64,000 bases of DNA from Nitrospirae bacterium MYbin3 (GCA_002753335.1 PEAD01000015.1:1-64000), one strand, 5' to 3'; positions 19,278 through 30,127 are shown, numbered from the stretch's first letter. Program-made: numbers and translations. Notes: a model not told the origin generated them from the letters alone.

Positions 19278-20023
19278 AAAGCACCCATTATGCAGATAAG
19301 AAATGCGGATATAACAACTTCGGGAAGATTAAAAGGCTTATGCTTTAGCATCGGCATATTTCCGTCGTATCCTCTTTGAGTCATAGCCAAAGCTGTGCTC
19401 TGGCTGTTTTCGAAAGCCTTAAGCGTCAACGAGCCTGCAAGCGTTCCGAAAGAACTCAATCCCTGTTTCACAGACGCATAACCGAGTCGGTTCTTTTGTG
19501 AGTTGTAGATAACCATCGCATCTTCAAAGAGCATAAATATATATCTGTATGCAAACATCAGCACCTCGATAAAACCCTTCGGAAATCTCAGCCATGCAAG
19601 AGCTGCTATAAGTTCTGTAAAAGGGGTCGAGAAGCCTAAAAGCGTTAAAATAGAAACAGCGCCCAAAATCCGGCAGGCTATCAGCAGCCCCTCTTTTAGA
19701 CCATCGGCGTATCCCGCTACCTGTATGCTTCCAAGATTAAAGCTGAACAGAACCTCGCTCCCAGTAAAGAAGAGTTTGATGACCAGAAGAACCGCCACTA
19801 TAAACAGCGGCTCTGCAAACCTTAAAAGAAAAGCGCGCAGAGGTATTTTGATATGCAAACAGCAGGCTATAGCGCACAAAAGCACAAAGAAAGGAAAGAA
19901 AAAACCTTTATAGCTTAGCACCATTGCAAGCAGCATAAGCGCAAACACAATCTTAACCCTCGCGTCTATCTTTAAAAAACCATGGTCGTTCCTGAAATGT
20001 TCAGAGAGCAGATGCATCGCCAT
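19265..20023 (-). CDS. cbiQ: Cobalt ECF transporter T component
   Basis: DARVK, YRYIF, AMTQRGYDG. Confidence 0.9.
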   Translation of the reverse strand: MAMHLLSEHFRNDHGFLKIDARVKIVFALMLLAMVLSYKGFFFPFFVLLCAIACCLHIKIPLRAFLLRFAEPLFIVAVLLVIKLFFTGSEVLFSFNLGSIQVAGYADGLKEGLLIACRILGAVSILTLLGFSTPFTELIAALAWLRFPKGFIEVLMFAYRYIFMLFEDAMVIYNSQKNRLGYASVKQGLSSFGTLAGSLTLKAFENSQSTALAMTQRGYDGNMPMLKHKPFNLPEVVISAFLICIMGALWRI

Positions 20024-20366
20024 TTGTAGGGTCTTCCGTCCTTTTGCATTTTATTATATCCGTATTTTTCCGTTCTGTAAGCATGCGCCAATAATATCCG
20101 GCACCAAAACCGCCAACAGCACCAGCAGTCAGAAAAGCGAAGAGAAGCAGATCCCCTTGATCCTTATTAACAAGCGGTTCGCGAGCTTCTCTGCCGTGCT
20201 CTTTGGCGATTTTTTCTATTACCGACTCGTCTACGCCTTTCCATTTGTCCTTTTCAGAACTAAAGGCTGAATACTGAAGGCTGAAAAAAAGAAATACAGA
20301 GATAGATAAACAAAACAGTAGTTTTTTGTAATGACTGCCGACTGCCGACTGCTGACTGTTTTTCAT
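20001..20366 (-). CDS. Small cobalt transport accessory membrane protein (CbiN-like position)
   Basis: Two hydrophobic segments with WKGVDESVIEK between them; lies between cbiM and cbiQ. Confidence 0.7.
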   Translation of the reverse strand: MKNSQQSAVGSHYKKLLFCLSISVFLFFSLQYSAFSSEKDKWKGVDESVIEKIAKEHGREAREPLVNKDQGDLLLFAFLTAGAVGGFGAGYYWRMLTERKNTDIIKCKRTEDPTNGDASAL

Positions 20367-21106
20367 ATCCCCACCTCTTCCGGTTTCAGGACACGCATCT
20401 TTACGAGAAGATCAGGCCGTTTTCTATAAAGCAGCGTAACCATTCCGGCCGTCATAGCGCCTTCGAGAATTCCGAGCGGAAGCTGTGTTGGGACAAATGC
20501 GATTGCGATCTTCCAAAAAAGAGGCATGAATTCTGAATCGCCTTTTAGGCCTGATGCAAGCTCAACCGATGTGGTCAGGTATGTTGCCCAGTCGGCAAAC
20601 AATCCAGCCATGAATGCTGAAACAGCAATGTTAACCCTGATTGTCCGCAATGCCTTAAACGTAAGAAAACCAGCAAAGGAACCCATTACACCCATTGATA
20701 CTATATCAGCCCCCCATGTACTCAACCCTCCGTGTGCCAGGAAAAGCGCCTGTATAAGAAGCGCTGCTGCTGCTATAAGAATGCTTATAGCAGGCCCTAC
20801 AAGAATTCCTGCTATGCCTGTTCCGCATGGGTGAGAGCAGGTGCCTGCAGTAGGCACAGGTATCGGCATGCACGAGATGATGAATACAACAGCGGTTATA
20901 AGCCCCACAAGCGGCTTGAAAGCGGGGTCCTCAGCCGAAAGCTTTTTCAGTTCGTAAAGCCCCCATGCCACAAAAGGGATTGCAATAAGAGACCATACCA
21001 ACGCCCAGTTCAAAGGAAGTATGCCCTCGGAGATATGCATAGCATGAGCCTTCTCAATAAAAACAAAAAGGGATAAGAAGAAAAAAAGCGCTGAGCTTTT
21101 TTTCAC
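20363..21106 (-). CDS. cbiM: Cobalt ECF transporter S component
   Basis: Signal peptide then AHA|MHISEG; CSHPCG; QALFLAHGG. Confidence 0.93.
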   Translation of the reverse strand: MKKSSALFFFLSLFVFIEKAHAMHISEGILPLNWALVWSLIAIPFVAWGLYELKKLSAEDPAFKPLVGLITAVVFIISCMPIPVPTAGTCSHPCGTGIAGILVGPAISILIAAAALLIQALFLAHGGLSTWGADIVSMGVMGSFAGFLTFKALRTIRVNIAVSAFMAGLFADWATYLTTSVELASGLKGDSEFMPLFWKIAIAFVPTQLPLGILEGAMTAGMVTLLYRKRPDLLVKMRVLKPEEVGI

Positions 21107-22101
21107 TTCTCCCCACCCGCGATTTTCAAAAGTGCGTTCACAATCGCCACCGCAACTGGGGTACCGCCCTTCCTGCTAAGGTTTGTTATAAATGGAAACT
21201 TCTGTGCAGCAAGCAGCGCCTTTGATTCGTAGGCTTTAACAAAGCCGACAGGCACACCCACGACAAGCGGCAAAGGGCAAGGTGCAAGAGGCGATTTAAA
21301 GACTTCAACCGTCTTGAGCAGCGCGGTCGGCGCATTTCCGATGGCGATGATGCCGACATTGTTATTTTCGTTTAATGCCTTTTCGATCGCTATTTCGGAT
21401 CGGGTTTTTCCTGTCTCTTTTGAAAGCTTTATCACATCTTCATCATTGATTTTGCAGATCACTTTTCCGCCGAACGGCTCTAGCCATTTTTTTATAATGC
21501 CCGTCTTAACCATTTCAATATCTGTGAGAATGTTCTTGCCGGACTTTATAGCATTTATGCCTGTCTGCACCGCATCAGGATGGAACACAAGGGTCTTTGC
21601 AAATTCAAAATCAGCGGTAGCATGAATCACACGCTTTACAATAGACTGCCGCTCCTCAGGTATTCCACTGAAATCAGTTTCCTCAGAAAGAATCTCAAAA
21701 CTTTTCTTCTCTATGTCCTCAGGCACTGCCCCGCAAGCGGCCTGAATTCTGTCGAGGACCACCTGAACAAGCTTCTCATGAACGCCAAGAGGCTGTGTAT
21801 AAACGAATTCAACCGCAGGATAAATACCCTTGGCCTCTTCAATCAATTCAGGAATATCCTTTGTAACATGCATTCCGGAGCTTAGAAAATAGGGATGCAA
21901 TATTATCTTTTTAGCTCCAGAATCAGCAGATTTCTTGATTGCGGATAGTATATCCGGCTCTGCAAACTGCAGATATGCTGTTGTAACGCAATTATTGCTG
22001 CAGCCCGGATGCATCATGCCATGCAGCATAGACGCTACAAGTCCTATATTGTTAGCCTCTTTCTTGGGGCTTCCGTGTCCAAGCAGTATTATGTTTTCCA
22101 T
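21103..22101 (-). CDS. cbiC: Fused cobaltochelatase (CbiX-type) / precorrin-8X methylmutase (CbiC)
   Basis: N-terminal LLGHGS..AYLQFAEP..GMHVTKDIP; C-terminal RVIHATADF, IGNAPTAL, GVPVGFV, RKGGT. Confidence 0.88.
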   Translation of the reverse strand: MENIILLGHGSPKKEANNIGLVASMLHGMMHPGCSNNCVTTAYLQFAEPDILSAIKKSADSGAKKIILHPYFLSSGMHVTKDIPELIEEAKGIYPAVEFVYTQPLGVHEKLVQVVLDRIQAACGAVPEDIEKKSFEILSEETDFSGIPEERQSIVKRVIHATADFEFAKTLVFHPDAVQTGINAIKSGKNILTDIEMVKTGIIKKWLEPFGGKVICKINDEDVIKLSKETGKTRSEIAIEKALNENNNVGIIAIGNAPTALLKTVEVFKSPLAPCPLPLVVGVPVGFVKAYESKALLAAQKFPFITNLSRKGGTPVAVAIVNALLKIAGGEK

Positions 22102-23438
22102 AGGGTCTCCTTTATAAATTCCACAAAACTTCGAGAAATATTTTTGTTGCTACCGAAATGTATATGCACATAACTTGCGAGAGCATTCCCAACCGAGTAG
22201 CCTTCATCAGCAAGCGTATATTCTGCCGAATCTTTAATTGCATACAGCGTATCGGTCTTTGGAAAGCCAGCGACCGAGGAATAATGAAACTCATGCCCTC
22301 TCAATATTTCACCGCTATTTCCGAGAATACAGTCTTTTTTAAGCGAGACTTGTCGGTAGCCTAGATGGGCCCTGCTTTTGGTCATGCAGGTTTTGAAATC
22401 AAAGACTCCTGCCATTCTGAAAAATTTGCCATCGAAATCTTCAATGCCCTGCGAAAGATACATCATTCCACCACATTCTGCATAAATAGGCATTCCTTTT
22501 TTTGCAGCAGTGAATACAGAATCAAGCATTAATGTGTTCTGAGACAACTGAGCAGCATGCAGTTCAGGATACCCGCCCCCTAAGTAAACGGCATCAACGC
22601 CTTCAGGAATATTCATATCGTCGAGGGGACTGAACAGAACTATTTCTGCGCCTGCCTCACGCAGCAAATCGAGATTGTCCTGATAATAAAAACAGAAAGC
22701 CTTATCGTAGGCAACCGCAATTTTAACTACGGAAGAAGCTGATGACTGAATCGAGAAGGTTTGAGAATTTTCATTCTGCCCTTTCACCCGAGAACTTTTC
22801 TGCACTATCGAGTCAAGGTCAATAAACTCAACCACAGTCTCTGTGAGTTGAGTAAATTGTTCCTCACTAAAAGGTTCATCTTCTGCCGTATGCAGTCCAA
22901 GATGGCGATGAGGTATTTCAAATTCAATATTCCTCGGCAGATACCCGAGAACACTGATATCCTTTACGCTGTCCTTAAGGCGCATATAATGCCTTTCTGA
23001 TGCGACGCGGTTAAATATTACACCAGCAAAAGGCACCACATTATAAGACACAAAACCTTTAACCACCGCCCCTGCACTCTCGGCCATACCGTAAGCGTCA
23101 ACGACCAAGATGACCGGAAGATTAAGCACAGATGCGAGCTTTGCAGTGCTTAACTGTCCATCGTAGAGGCCCATTACTCCTTCAACAACAGAAATGTCGG
23201 CATTTGAAGACACCTTGCAAAAAAGCTCTTTTACATAATCTTCGCCGCACATCCATAAATCAAGGTTCCGTGAAGACAGACCTGCAGCAAGCCTGTGAAG
23301 ACCGGAATCTATAAAATCAGGGCCTGCCTTGAACGGTTGCACCTTAAGCCCCCTGCTTTTAAGCGCAGCCATAATTCCGAGTGCGGCAGTTGTTTTGCCG
23401 CAACCGCTGTGGGTTCCTGCTATAAGCACACCGTTCAT
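22089..23438 (-). CDS. cbiA: Cobyrinate a,c-diamide synthase
   Basis: SGCGKTT, KAGPDFID, EGVMGLYDG, AECGG, GHEFHYS. Confidence 0.95.
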   Translation of the reverse strand: MNGVLIAGTHSGCGKTTAALGIMAALKSRGLKVQPFKAGPDFIDSGLHRLAAGLSSRNLDLWMCGEDYVKELFCKVSSNADISVVEGVMGLYDGQLSTAKLASVLNLPVILVVDAYGMAESAGAVVKGFVSYNVVPFAGVIFNRVASERHYMRLKDSVKDISVLGYLPRNIEFEIPHRHLGLHTAEDEPFSEEQFTQLTETVVEFIDLDSIVQKSSRVKGQNENSQTFSIQSSASSVVKIAVAYDKAFCFYYQDNLDLLREAGAEIVLFSPLDDMNIPEGVDAVYLGGGYPELHAAQLSQNTLMLDSVFTAAKKGMPIYAECGGMMYLSQGIEDFDGKFFRMAGVFDFKTCMTKSRAHLGYRQVSLKKDCILGNSGEILRGHEFHYSSVAGFPKTDTLYAIKDSAEYTLADEGYSVGNALASYVHIHFGSNKNISRSFVEFIKETLWKT

Positions 23439-24592
23439 GCTAATTTTGAAAGCTCCTTAAGTAAACGCATATTATCTTTATTGCTCTTCACAGCAATGCG
23501 CATATAGTTTTCATCAAGCCCTATGAAGTTGGAGCAATCCCTTACCATTATTCCTTTGTCGCGAAGCTGAAGTACGGTCTGCTGGGCGTTTCGTATTTTC
23601 AACAGATAAAAGTTAGCGTCAGATTCGAAATAGCGGATATTCAAAAGCTTGAGTCCGTCTTCGAGCACTGCACTTTCATGCTCGATTACCTTCAATGAAT
23701 CTAGACGGAATGCAGCGTCTCTTAGGGCTGCAATACCTGCAACCTGAGCAAGCGTGTTCACAGTCCAAGGCTCTTTGTATTTCAGAAGAAGATTTATGGT
23801 CTTCGGATGAGCAACAGCGTAGCCGATTCTAAGGCCCGAAAGCGCATAGAATTTTGTCAGTGATCGAAGGACTATCAGATAAGGATTTTTCTCGACTTCT
23901 TTAACTACCGATTCTTCAGGGCAAAAATCTATGAAGGCTTCATCCACAACCAGATAGGTCTTAAATTTAAGGGCTGCATTGCAGATCTTCAGCATATTAT
24001 TCCTGCTTATAACACGGCCTGTGGGGTTGTTCGGGTTGCAGATAAACACCGTGTCAACCGAGTTCATAAGCGCCGAAGCTTTTGTATCCTTGCTCATAGA
24101 GGCGATAAATTTTTCGGCATTAAGATCGAAGTTGTCTTTTTCCCATGTCACGAAATAGCTTACCTGGGGCGGCGTATGGTTAACCGCCTGAAGCGTCTTT
24201 ACAGCTCGCTCGTATTCCGAAAAGGTCGGCGCCGGGATAAGAACTTTTTCTGGTCTCAGCGCCCTTGCCGCAAGATAAATAAGCTCTGTGCTCCCGTTTC
24301 CACAGAGCACATGCTGTGAATCCATATGCAGATGCCGGGCTATCTCGACGCACAAATGCCGGGCATCCGGGTCCGGATAGTCAATAATGGTTCTAATGCC
24401 GTCTTTAATCGCAGCAACAACGCTCTTAGGCAGCCCCAGCGGATTTATAGAGGCGCTGAAATCAATGATCTCGTCTTCAGAAATGCCAAGCTCTTCAGAA
24501 AGCTTATAAATATTCCCTCCGTGAGGCTCGGGCTGCAAAGGTTCTGGCTGCTGCTCCAAAGGCTTTTCATTCTGCTTGTACTGCCATATCAT
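23435..24592 (-). CDS. cobD: L-threonine-O-3-phosphate decarboxylase
   Basis: HGGN, DFSASINPLG, CNPNNPTG, SLTKFYALSGLRIGY; the ATG at 24592 overlaps the cbiB stop. Confidence 0.9.
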   Translation of the reverse strand: MIWQYKQNEKPLEQQPEPLQPEPHGGNIYKLSEELGISEDEIIDFSASINPLGLPKSVVAAIKDGIRTIIDYPDPDARHLCVEIARHLHMDSQHVLCGNGSTELIYLAARALRPEKVLIPAPTFSEYERAVKTLQAVNHTPPQVSYFVTWEKDNFDLNAEKFIASMSKDTKASALMNSVDTVFICNPNNPTGRVISRNNMLKICNAALKFKTYLVVDEAFIDFCPEESVVKEVEKNPYLIVLRSLTKFYALSGLRIGYAVAHPKTINLLLKYKEPWTVNTLAQVAGIAALRDAAFRLDSLKVIEHESAVLEDGLKLLNIRYFESDANFYLLKIRNAQQTVLQLRDKGIMVRDCSNFIGLDENYMRIAVKSNKDNMRLLKELSKLA

Positions 24593-25572
24593 AAAACACA
24601 CCTCACAGTAAGAATGCCGCCTCCAAAGGCTATGCCTAGGAGTGCGGTTACTCTGGTTATAATTATAGTTTTTTCGGATGCTTTCAAGTAATCGTTTTCG
24701 CGCTTGTCGCCTATAAAAGGTTTTTCAACGAGCATGCCGCCGTATGTGGAAGGCCCTCCAAAACTCACGCCGATCGCTCCTGCAACCGCTGCCTCAGGCA
24801 TTCCGCTGTTTGGACTTAGGTGGTTCCTCCCATCACGAAGCATCGTCTTCAAAGAGCAACGTCCTGCAGAAAGAGAACCAAAAACGAAAACTGATGCTAT
24901 GACAACCAGGAACCCGGAGATCCTTGCGGGGATGTAGTTTGCTATATCATCCAGACGGGCGGCCGCCCAGCCAAAGTTTATGTACTTTTCATTTCTGTAT
25001 CCCACCATAGAATCGAGTGTGTTTACTGCTTTGTAAGCAATAGCAAGGGGAAGTCCGCCTATCACCAGATAGAACAGGGGAGCGATAATCCCATCCGAAA
25101 GATTTTCAGAAAGAGTTTCCATCGTAGCTTTCAATATCTCCTGCTCTGACAGATTTTGGGTGTCGCGGCCAACTATCATACTCAGGTTTTGCCGGGCAGT
25201 TTCAATATCGTTTTTCTTAACACTATCTATAACCATACAGGCAGAAGAGATAAGCTCCCGCACCGCAATTGTGGTTGATATCAAATAAACGATTACCATC
25301 GCTCCAACAGATCTCAACAAAGGATGTTCAAAGCTCAAAGAGAATTCATGGAGCGCATAGGCAGCAAAAAAAGCTGTCGGCACAATACAGATAACAAGCG
25401 CTATTCCGGCAGTTTTCTCTGACACAGCGGTTCTCGCATATCTTCTTAGAATATTTTCAAGCGCTGCAATAGCGCTCCCCATTCCTCTGACAGGATGCGG
25501 CAGCCAGCGGGGATCTCCAATCAGAAAATCAAGAATGAAAGCCAGCATAAGTTCGACAGGATGTATACTCAT
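24589..25572 (-). CDS. cbiB: Adenosylcobinamide-phosphate synthase
   Basis: GDPRWLPHPV, IVGRDT, NTLDSMVGY, SPNSG. Confidence 0.95.
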   Translation of the reverse strand: MSIHPVELMLAFILDFLIGDPRWLPHPVRGMGSAIAALENILRRYARTAVSEKTAGIALVICIVPTAFFAAYALHEFSLSFEHPLLRSVGAMVIVYLISTTIAVRELISSACMVIDSVKKNDIETARQNLSMIVGRDTQNLSEQEILKATMETLSENLSDGIIAPLFYLVIGGLPLAIAYKAVNTLDSMVGYRNEKYINFGWAAARLDDIANYIPARISGFLVVIASVFVFGSLSAGRCSLKTMLRDGRNHLSPNSGMPEAAVAGAIGVSFGGPSTYGGMLVEKPFIGDKRENDYLKASEKTIIITRVTALLGIAFGGGILTVRCVL

Positions 25573-27071
25573 AGATTAACAACCTTATTTATGAAATCCA
25601 TGTCGAGGTTTTCTTTCAGCGCCTGCGCAAGGCGGTCTATAGCCTTGTCCTTTGCCTTGGCGTAATTAAAGACCATGTCGAGCGGCGGCAGGCCCTTCTT
25701 CTTCCGGGCAGAATTCAAAACACCCCTTCTGAACGCATCGTTTTCAAAAATACCGTGGAGATACGTGCCCCAACAGTTACTTTTCATAGACCCGTCAAAA
25801 GTCTGTTGGCAGTCGGCAGCAGGCAGCCTGCTGATTTTAAATAAACCGATATCGCCTGAGCTCTCGCCCATATGGATTTCATAGCCTCTGAGCAGGCTGG
25901 GAGTGAAGCCCTGTTCGCTTCCTATCTCCGCTTGAACCCTGCATGTGGTTTTCGTATTTCGAAATATCGTTTCGATATCAAGCAGACCAATCCCGTCAAT
26001 CTCTTTATGCTCGCTCTCTATGCCATCAGCATCGTAAAGCTTTCTGCCCAGAATTTGATAACCGCCGCAAACACCGATTATCTGTATTCCCTTTGCAGAT
26101 GCAAGCTGGATGCTCTTATCAAGCTGCCTCTCTCTCAAAAATAGCAAATCCTTGACCGTATTTTTTGAGCCGGGCACTATCACGATATCCGCATTCTCGA
26201 TATCAGAAGGGTTGGTTGAATAAATAATATCAGCATCCGGCTCATGCACGAATGGATCAAAATCGGTAAAGTTGGATATGTATTTAAGCCTGACTATGAC
26301 TATTTTTATTCTTCTGACTTCTGACTTCTGACTTCTAACTTCTGACTTCTGAGTTAAAGATAGCCCATCCTCTTCGGGCAGCCCAATATCCGCAAGATAC
26401 GGCAGCACGCCTATAACAGGCTTGCCTGTTTTTTCTTTTATCATTTCGAGCCCCGGCCTGAGAATTTCGATGTCTCCCCTGAATTTGTTTATGATGAATC
26501 CCTTGATGCTCCTGCCTTCGCGGCCAAGAAGTTTAACCGTACCAAAAAGTGATGCGAACACTCCGCCCTTATCAATATCACCCACAAGCAAAACCGGAGC
26601 TTTGGCATACCGCGCTGCAGACATATTTACGATATCCACATCCATCAGATTTATCTCGGCAGGGCTGCCCGCCCCTTCCATAACAATCAAATCATGTTTT
26701 AAAGACAGGCTGTCATAAGCGGCTGTGACAACTTCCCATGCCTCTTTTTTAAAGGCATAATATTCCTGAGCCTTCATATGGCGCAAGGGTCTACCCATAA
26801 GAATCACCTGCGAGCCCATATCTCCCGAGGCCTTGAGCAAAACCGGATTCATCTCGACCGTAACCGGAATCCTTGCGCCTTCGGCCTGCAATGCCTGTGC
26901 GCGGCCAATCTCACCGCCATCCTCGGCAATGTAGGAATTCAGCGCCATATTCTGGGCCTTGAATGGCGCGACATTTATTCCCATATCGCTGAATATCCTG
27001 CACAGGCCGGTCACAATAAGGCTCTTGCCAGCGCCCGACCCGGTGCCGGTTATCATTAAAGCTTTAGCCAT
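25569..27071 (-). CDS. cobQ: Cobyric acid synthase (CbiP/CobQ)
   Basis: PFKAQNMALNS, EGAGSPAEINL, ISNFTDF, GTYLHGIF. Confidence 0.95.
   Translation of the reverse strand: MAKALMITGTGSGAGKSLIVTGLCRIFSDMGINVAPFKAQNMALNSYIAEDGGEIGRAQALQAEGARIPVTVEMNPVLLKASGDMGSQVILMGRPLRHMKAQEYYAFKKEAWEVVTAAYDSLSLKHDLIVMEGAGSPAEINLMDVDIVNMSAARYAKAPVLLVGDIDKGGVFASLFGTVKLLGREGRSIKGFIINKFRGDIEILRPGLEMIKEKTGKPVIGVLPYLADIGLPEEDGLSLTQKSEVRSQKSEVRRIKIVIVRLKYISNFTDFDPFVHEPDADIIYSTNPSDIENADIVIVPGSKNTVKDLLFLRERQLDKSIQLASAKGIQIIGVCGGYQILGRKLYDADGIESEHKEIDGIGLLDIETIFRNTKTTCRVQAEIGSEQGFTPSLLRGYEIHMGESSGDIGLFKISRLPAADCQQTFDGSMKSNCWGTYLHGIFENDAFRRGVLNSARKKKGLPPLDMVFNYAKAKDKAIDRLAQALKENLDMDFINKVVNL
26311..26352 (+). repeat. 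Heptamer tandem repeat (CTTCTGA)x6, in frame inside cobQ
   Basis: Six units (one is CTTCTAA), 42 bp, encoding about QKSEVRSQKSEVRR. Confidence 0.9.
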
Positions 27072-27750
27072 AAAACACCCCGTTCAAAAGCTTCACCACC
27101 GGATATTTGTCCCAGAATTCGATGACATTCACCGCAGCAAAGTCCTGCTCCACCCTGAAGACATTTTCGAGAGGTACGCCCATTATGTTGCATAGAATCA
27201 CGCGGTTCACTCCACCGTGAGCAACAAGCGCGATCGATTCTCCCTGATGCTTTTCTAATATCCCGTTCAAAGCAGGCATAACCCTAGCGTTCAAATCAAC
27301 AGTACTCTCGCCGCATACAGGACTGAATGTTACGGGGTCTGATGCCCATGCTTCGAATTCAGACGGGTATTGTTCTTTTATTTCCGGAAAAGACATTCCC
27401 TCCCACACCCCGAAACTTCTCTCTCTGAAAGCCGGATTAGCGACAGGCGAGATAGCATAAGGTTCGGCCACTATTTCTGCGCTCTTGACCGCCCTGCTGA
27501 GATCGGAGCAAAAAACAGAGCTTAGTGCGAGCTCTTCGCTGCTTTTTAAATGCGGCTTGTGAATATCGTTGAGGTAACTTTTCTTTTTTGCCGCTTCTGA
27601 AAGCTTAATATGCCGGAAAACAAAATCGGATGTCTTCTGAATCTGGATTATGCCGTTGTCAGACAAAGGCACGTCAATGCTGCCTTTGTAGCGCTTTACA
27701 TCCGCGCCTTCGGTCTCACCGTGCCTTATCAAATACAGAGTCGTAACCAT
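27064..27750 (-). CDS. cobC: Alpha-ribazole phosphatase (histidine phosphatase family)
   Basis: LIRHGET, SDLSRA, ERSFGVWEG, VAHGGV; operon context. Confidence 0.85.
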   Translation of the reverse strand: MVTTLYLIRHGETEGADVKRYKGSIDVPLSDNGIIQIQKTSDFVFRHIKLSEAAKKKSYLNDIHKPHLKSSEELALSSVFCSDLSRAVKSAEIVAEPYAISPVANPAFRERSFGVWEGMSFPEIKEQYPSEFEAWASDPVTFSPVCGESTVDLNARVMPALNGILEKHQGESIALVAHGGVNRVILCNIMGVPLENVFRVEQDFAAVNVIEFWDKYPVVKLLNGVFYG

Positions 27751-28541
27751 GCATACCCCAACATAAGAAAAATCAGCTCGAATATTTCACTTATAGCGCC
27801 GCAGTGATCGCCAGTGAGTCCTCCGAAGCTGTTGTCGAAAAACTTTACTGTGCAAAGAATGAGAATATAAAAAGAAGGCATTGTCGAGACAAGAAACAAT
27901 GCGAAATTTTTTGCACCCAATTGCGCAAAACCAAAATGCCCTGTGACCGCCGCTACCGCAAGAAGCGTTGCGGTAGAAATCAATACTGTTTCAAGGTTCA
28001 TATTTTCGATAAATATGCGGCCAAGCCCGTCTTTGCGCGCTGATTTAGCATGATACATTGCCGGAACAGTAACCCATTTTGAAAAAACAGGCATAAGGAA
28101 AAGCAGCGTTGCCGGAATGTAGAAAGGGTTAAAATTCATAATACGGCTAATCAGCAAAAATTTAAGCAGCAGAACTATCGCCATCGCCATTGCTCCGGTG
28201 GCCCCTACTGCACTGTCTTTCATTACACTAAGCCGCTTCTCAATATCTTTGCTTCGGTCTCCAGAAGACTTGACCGCAAGCGCGTCGAAGGTGTCCATAA
28301 GCCCGTCCATATCAAATCCGCCATTTGTTATAAGCAGAGCAAGCAGCACAAATCCGGATGTTATTTCGACACCAAAAAAATCCTTGCACACAAAAGCCAC
28401 TAATGCGATACAGAATCCCTGAACAGCTCCGGCCACAGGAAAAAACTTGGCAGATGCAGCGATGTCTCTTTCGGAAAGGTCGCCTTTCACACTTATAGGG
28501 ATTATGGTCAAAAACTGTATCGCAAGAAATAAACTTTTCAA
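27729..28541 (-). CDS. cobS: Adenosylcobinamide-GDP ribazoletransferase
   Basis: [30 protein letters not shown]. Confidence 0.92.
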   Translation of the reverse strand: MKSLFLAIQFLTIIPISVKGDLSERDIAASAKFFPVAGAVQGFCIALVAFVCKDFFGVEITSGFVLLALLITNGGFDMDGLMDTFDALAVKSSGDRSKDIEKRLSVMKDSAVGATGAMAMAIVLLLKFLLISRIMNFNPFYIPATLLFLMPVFSKWVTVPAMYHAKSARKDGLGRIFIENMNLETVLISTATLLAVAAVTGHFGFAQLGAKNFALFLVSTMPSFYILILCTVKFFDNSFGGLTGDHCGAISEIFELIFLMLGYAWLRLCI

Positions 28542-29599
28542 TTTATAATCTCGTCCGACACTCCGGCTTCTCCGAAGGTTGCCATCTCTTTGTAAATCTT
28601 CAGTCCCGCTTCTATCAGGGTCATTGCAAGAGCCGCGCCTGTTCCCTCTCCGAGCCTCAGATTCAAATCAAGCATAGGACTCAAACCCATCTTTTCGAGC
28701 ATTGCCTTATGGCCTATCTCAACCGAATTATGGGCAGCAAAAATATAGTCCACAACCTTAGGTTCGATGCAGTAGGCTATCAGCGCCCCGGCTGTTGATA
28801 TGAAACCGTCAACCACAACCGGTATCCTGTTGGCAGCAGCACCCAGAACAAGCCCTGCAATACCGCCTATCTCTGCTCCGCCAACCTTTGCCAAAACATC
28901 AAGCGCGTCTTTTGGATCAGGGCCGTTAAGCTTTATCGCGCTTTCTATTGTTTTAATTTTGCCTTGCAGTGCATCGTCAGAAATCCCTGTACCCTTGCCC
29001 GTAACCTCCGCAACGGTCCTGCCGGTAAGAACAGATGCAATGGCGCTTGAAGGCGTAGTATTGCCTATACCCATATCTCCGGTACCGAAAAGCTTATATC
29101 CTTTTACCGCAAATTCTTCGGCAAGGCTTATCCCGACCTCTATGCATTTGACCGCTTCTTCCCTCGTCATTGCAGCGCCCTTGGCAAAATTCTTTGTGCC
29201 CCGCATAACCTTTTCTGCCCTCAGTCCTTCCAACTTTTCGAAATCATAATCAACGCCTATATCAACAACTACAACTTCTGCTCCGGCATGCCGTGCCAGC
29301 ACATTTATGCCCGCTCCGCCGCGCAGAAAATTAAATACCATCTGCGGAGTGACTTCTTTAGGATATGCAGACACCCCCTCAGCTGTTATGCCGTGGTCCG
29401 CCGCAAAGGTAAACACAACCTTCTTGTCTATCGATGGCATTTTATCCTGCGATATTGCCACAAGTCTTCTCGCGAATTCCTCAAGCCTGCCTAAGCTGCC
29501 GGGCGGTTTAGTAAGATTATCTAGACGCTTTTGCGCAATCTCAAACCATTCTTTATTTACAGAACAAATCTCTTTTAAAGTCTTTTCAAAAAGCCTCAT
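28538..29599 (-). CDS. cobT: Nicotinate-nucleotide--benzimidazole phosphoribosyltransferase
   Basis: [34 protein letters not shown]. Confidence 0.95.
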   Translation of the reverse strand: MRLFEKTLKEICSVNKEWFEIAQKRLDNLTKPPGSLGRLEEFARRLVAISQDKMPSIDKKVVFTFAADHGITAEGVSAYPKEVTPQMVFNFLRGGAGINVLARHAGAEVVVVDIGVDYDFEKLEGLRAEKVMRGTKNFAKGAAMTREEAVKCIEVGISLAEEFAVKGYKLFGTGDMGIGNTTPSSAIASVLTGRTVAEVTGKGTGISDDALQGKIKTIESAIKLNGPDPKDALDVLAKVGGAEIGGIAGLVLGAAANRIPVVVDGFISTAGALIAYCIEPKVVDYIFAAHNSVEIGHKAMLEKMGLSPMLDLNLRLGEGTGAALAMTLIEAGLKIYKEMATFGEAGVSDEIIN

Positions 29600-29611
29600 A
29601 TCCCCTCCTGA

Positions 29612-30121
29612 TTACTTTATTTTCATCGGTATTGCAGCCGCCACAAAGTAAACCTCATCAGCAACAGCCGCAATGCTCTGGTTAAGCGTTCCTGCTAAAT
29701 CCCTGAACCTGCGGGCCAGAGGATTGTCCGGCACAATGCCGAGGCCCACTTCGTTCGAAACAAAGAATAAAGACGATTTATTACCCTTGATTGACGAAAC
29801 AAGGGACTCTATTTCATCTTCGATGTTTTTTTCGGCAAGCATCATATTTGAGAGCCAAAGTGTTAAACAATCGAGAAGGATAACTTCGTATCTGCCCTGA
29901 ATATTTTTTAACAGGGCTGCAATCTCCAAAGGCTCTTCAAAGCATTCCCAATCCGAAGATCTCTCTTTTTTGTGCTTCTCAATTCTCTCCTTCATCTCAG
30001 CATCAAAGGCCTGTGCAGTGGCTATATACGCCTTTTTACCCTGCTTATCGGACGCTTTTTTTAGCGCAAAAGAACTCTTGCCGCTTCTTGCTCCGCCTAT
30101 TATAAAAGTAATCCCGGACAT
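29612..30121 (-). CDS. cobU: Bifunctional adenosylcobinamide kinase / guanylyltransferase
   Basis: GGARSGKS, DCLTLWLSN, VSNEVGLG. Confidence 0.95.
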   Translation of the reverse strand: MSGITFIIGGARSGKSSFALKKASDKQGKKAYIATAQAFDAEMKERIEKHKKERSSDWECFEEPLEIAALLKNIQGRYEVILLDCLTLWLSNMMLAEKNIEDEIESLVSSIKGNKSSLFFVSNEVGLGIVPDNPLARRFRDLAGTLNQSIAAVADEVYFVAAAIPMKIK

Positions 30122-30127
30122 GACCGC

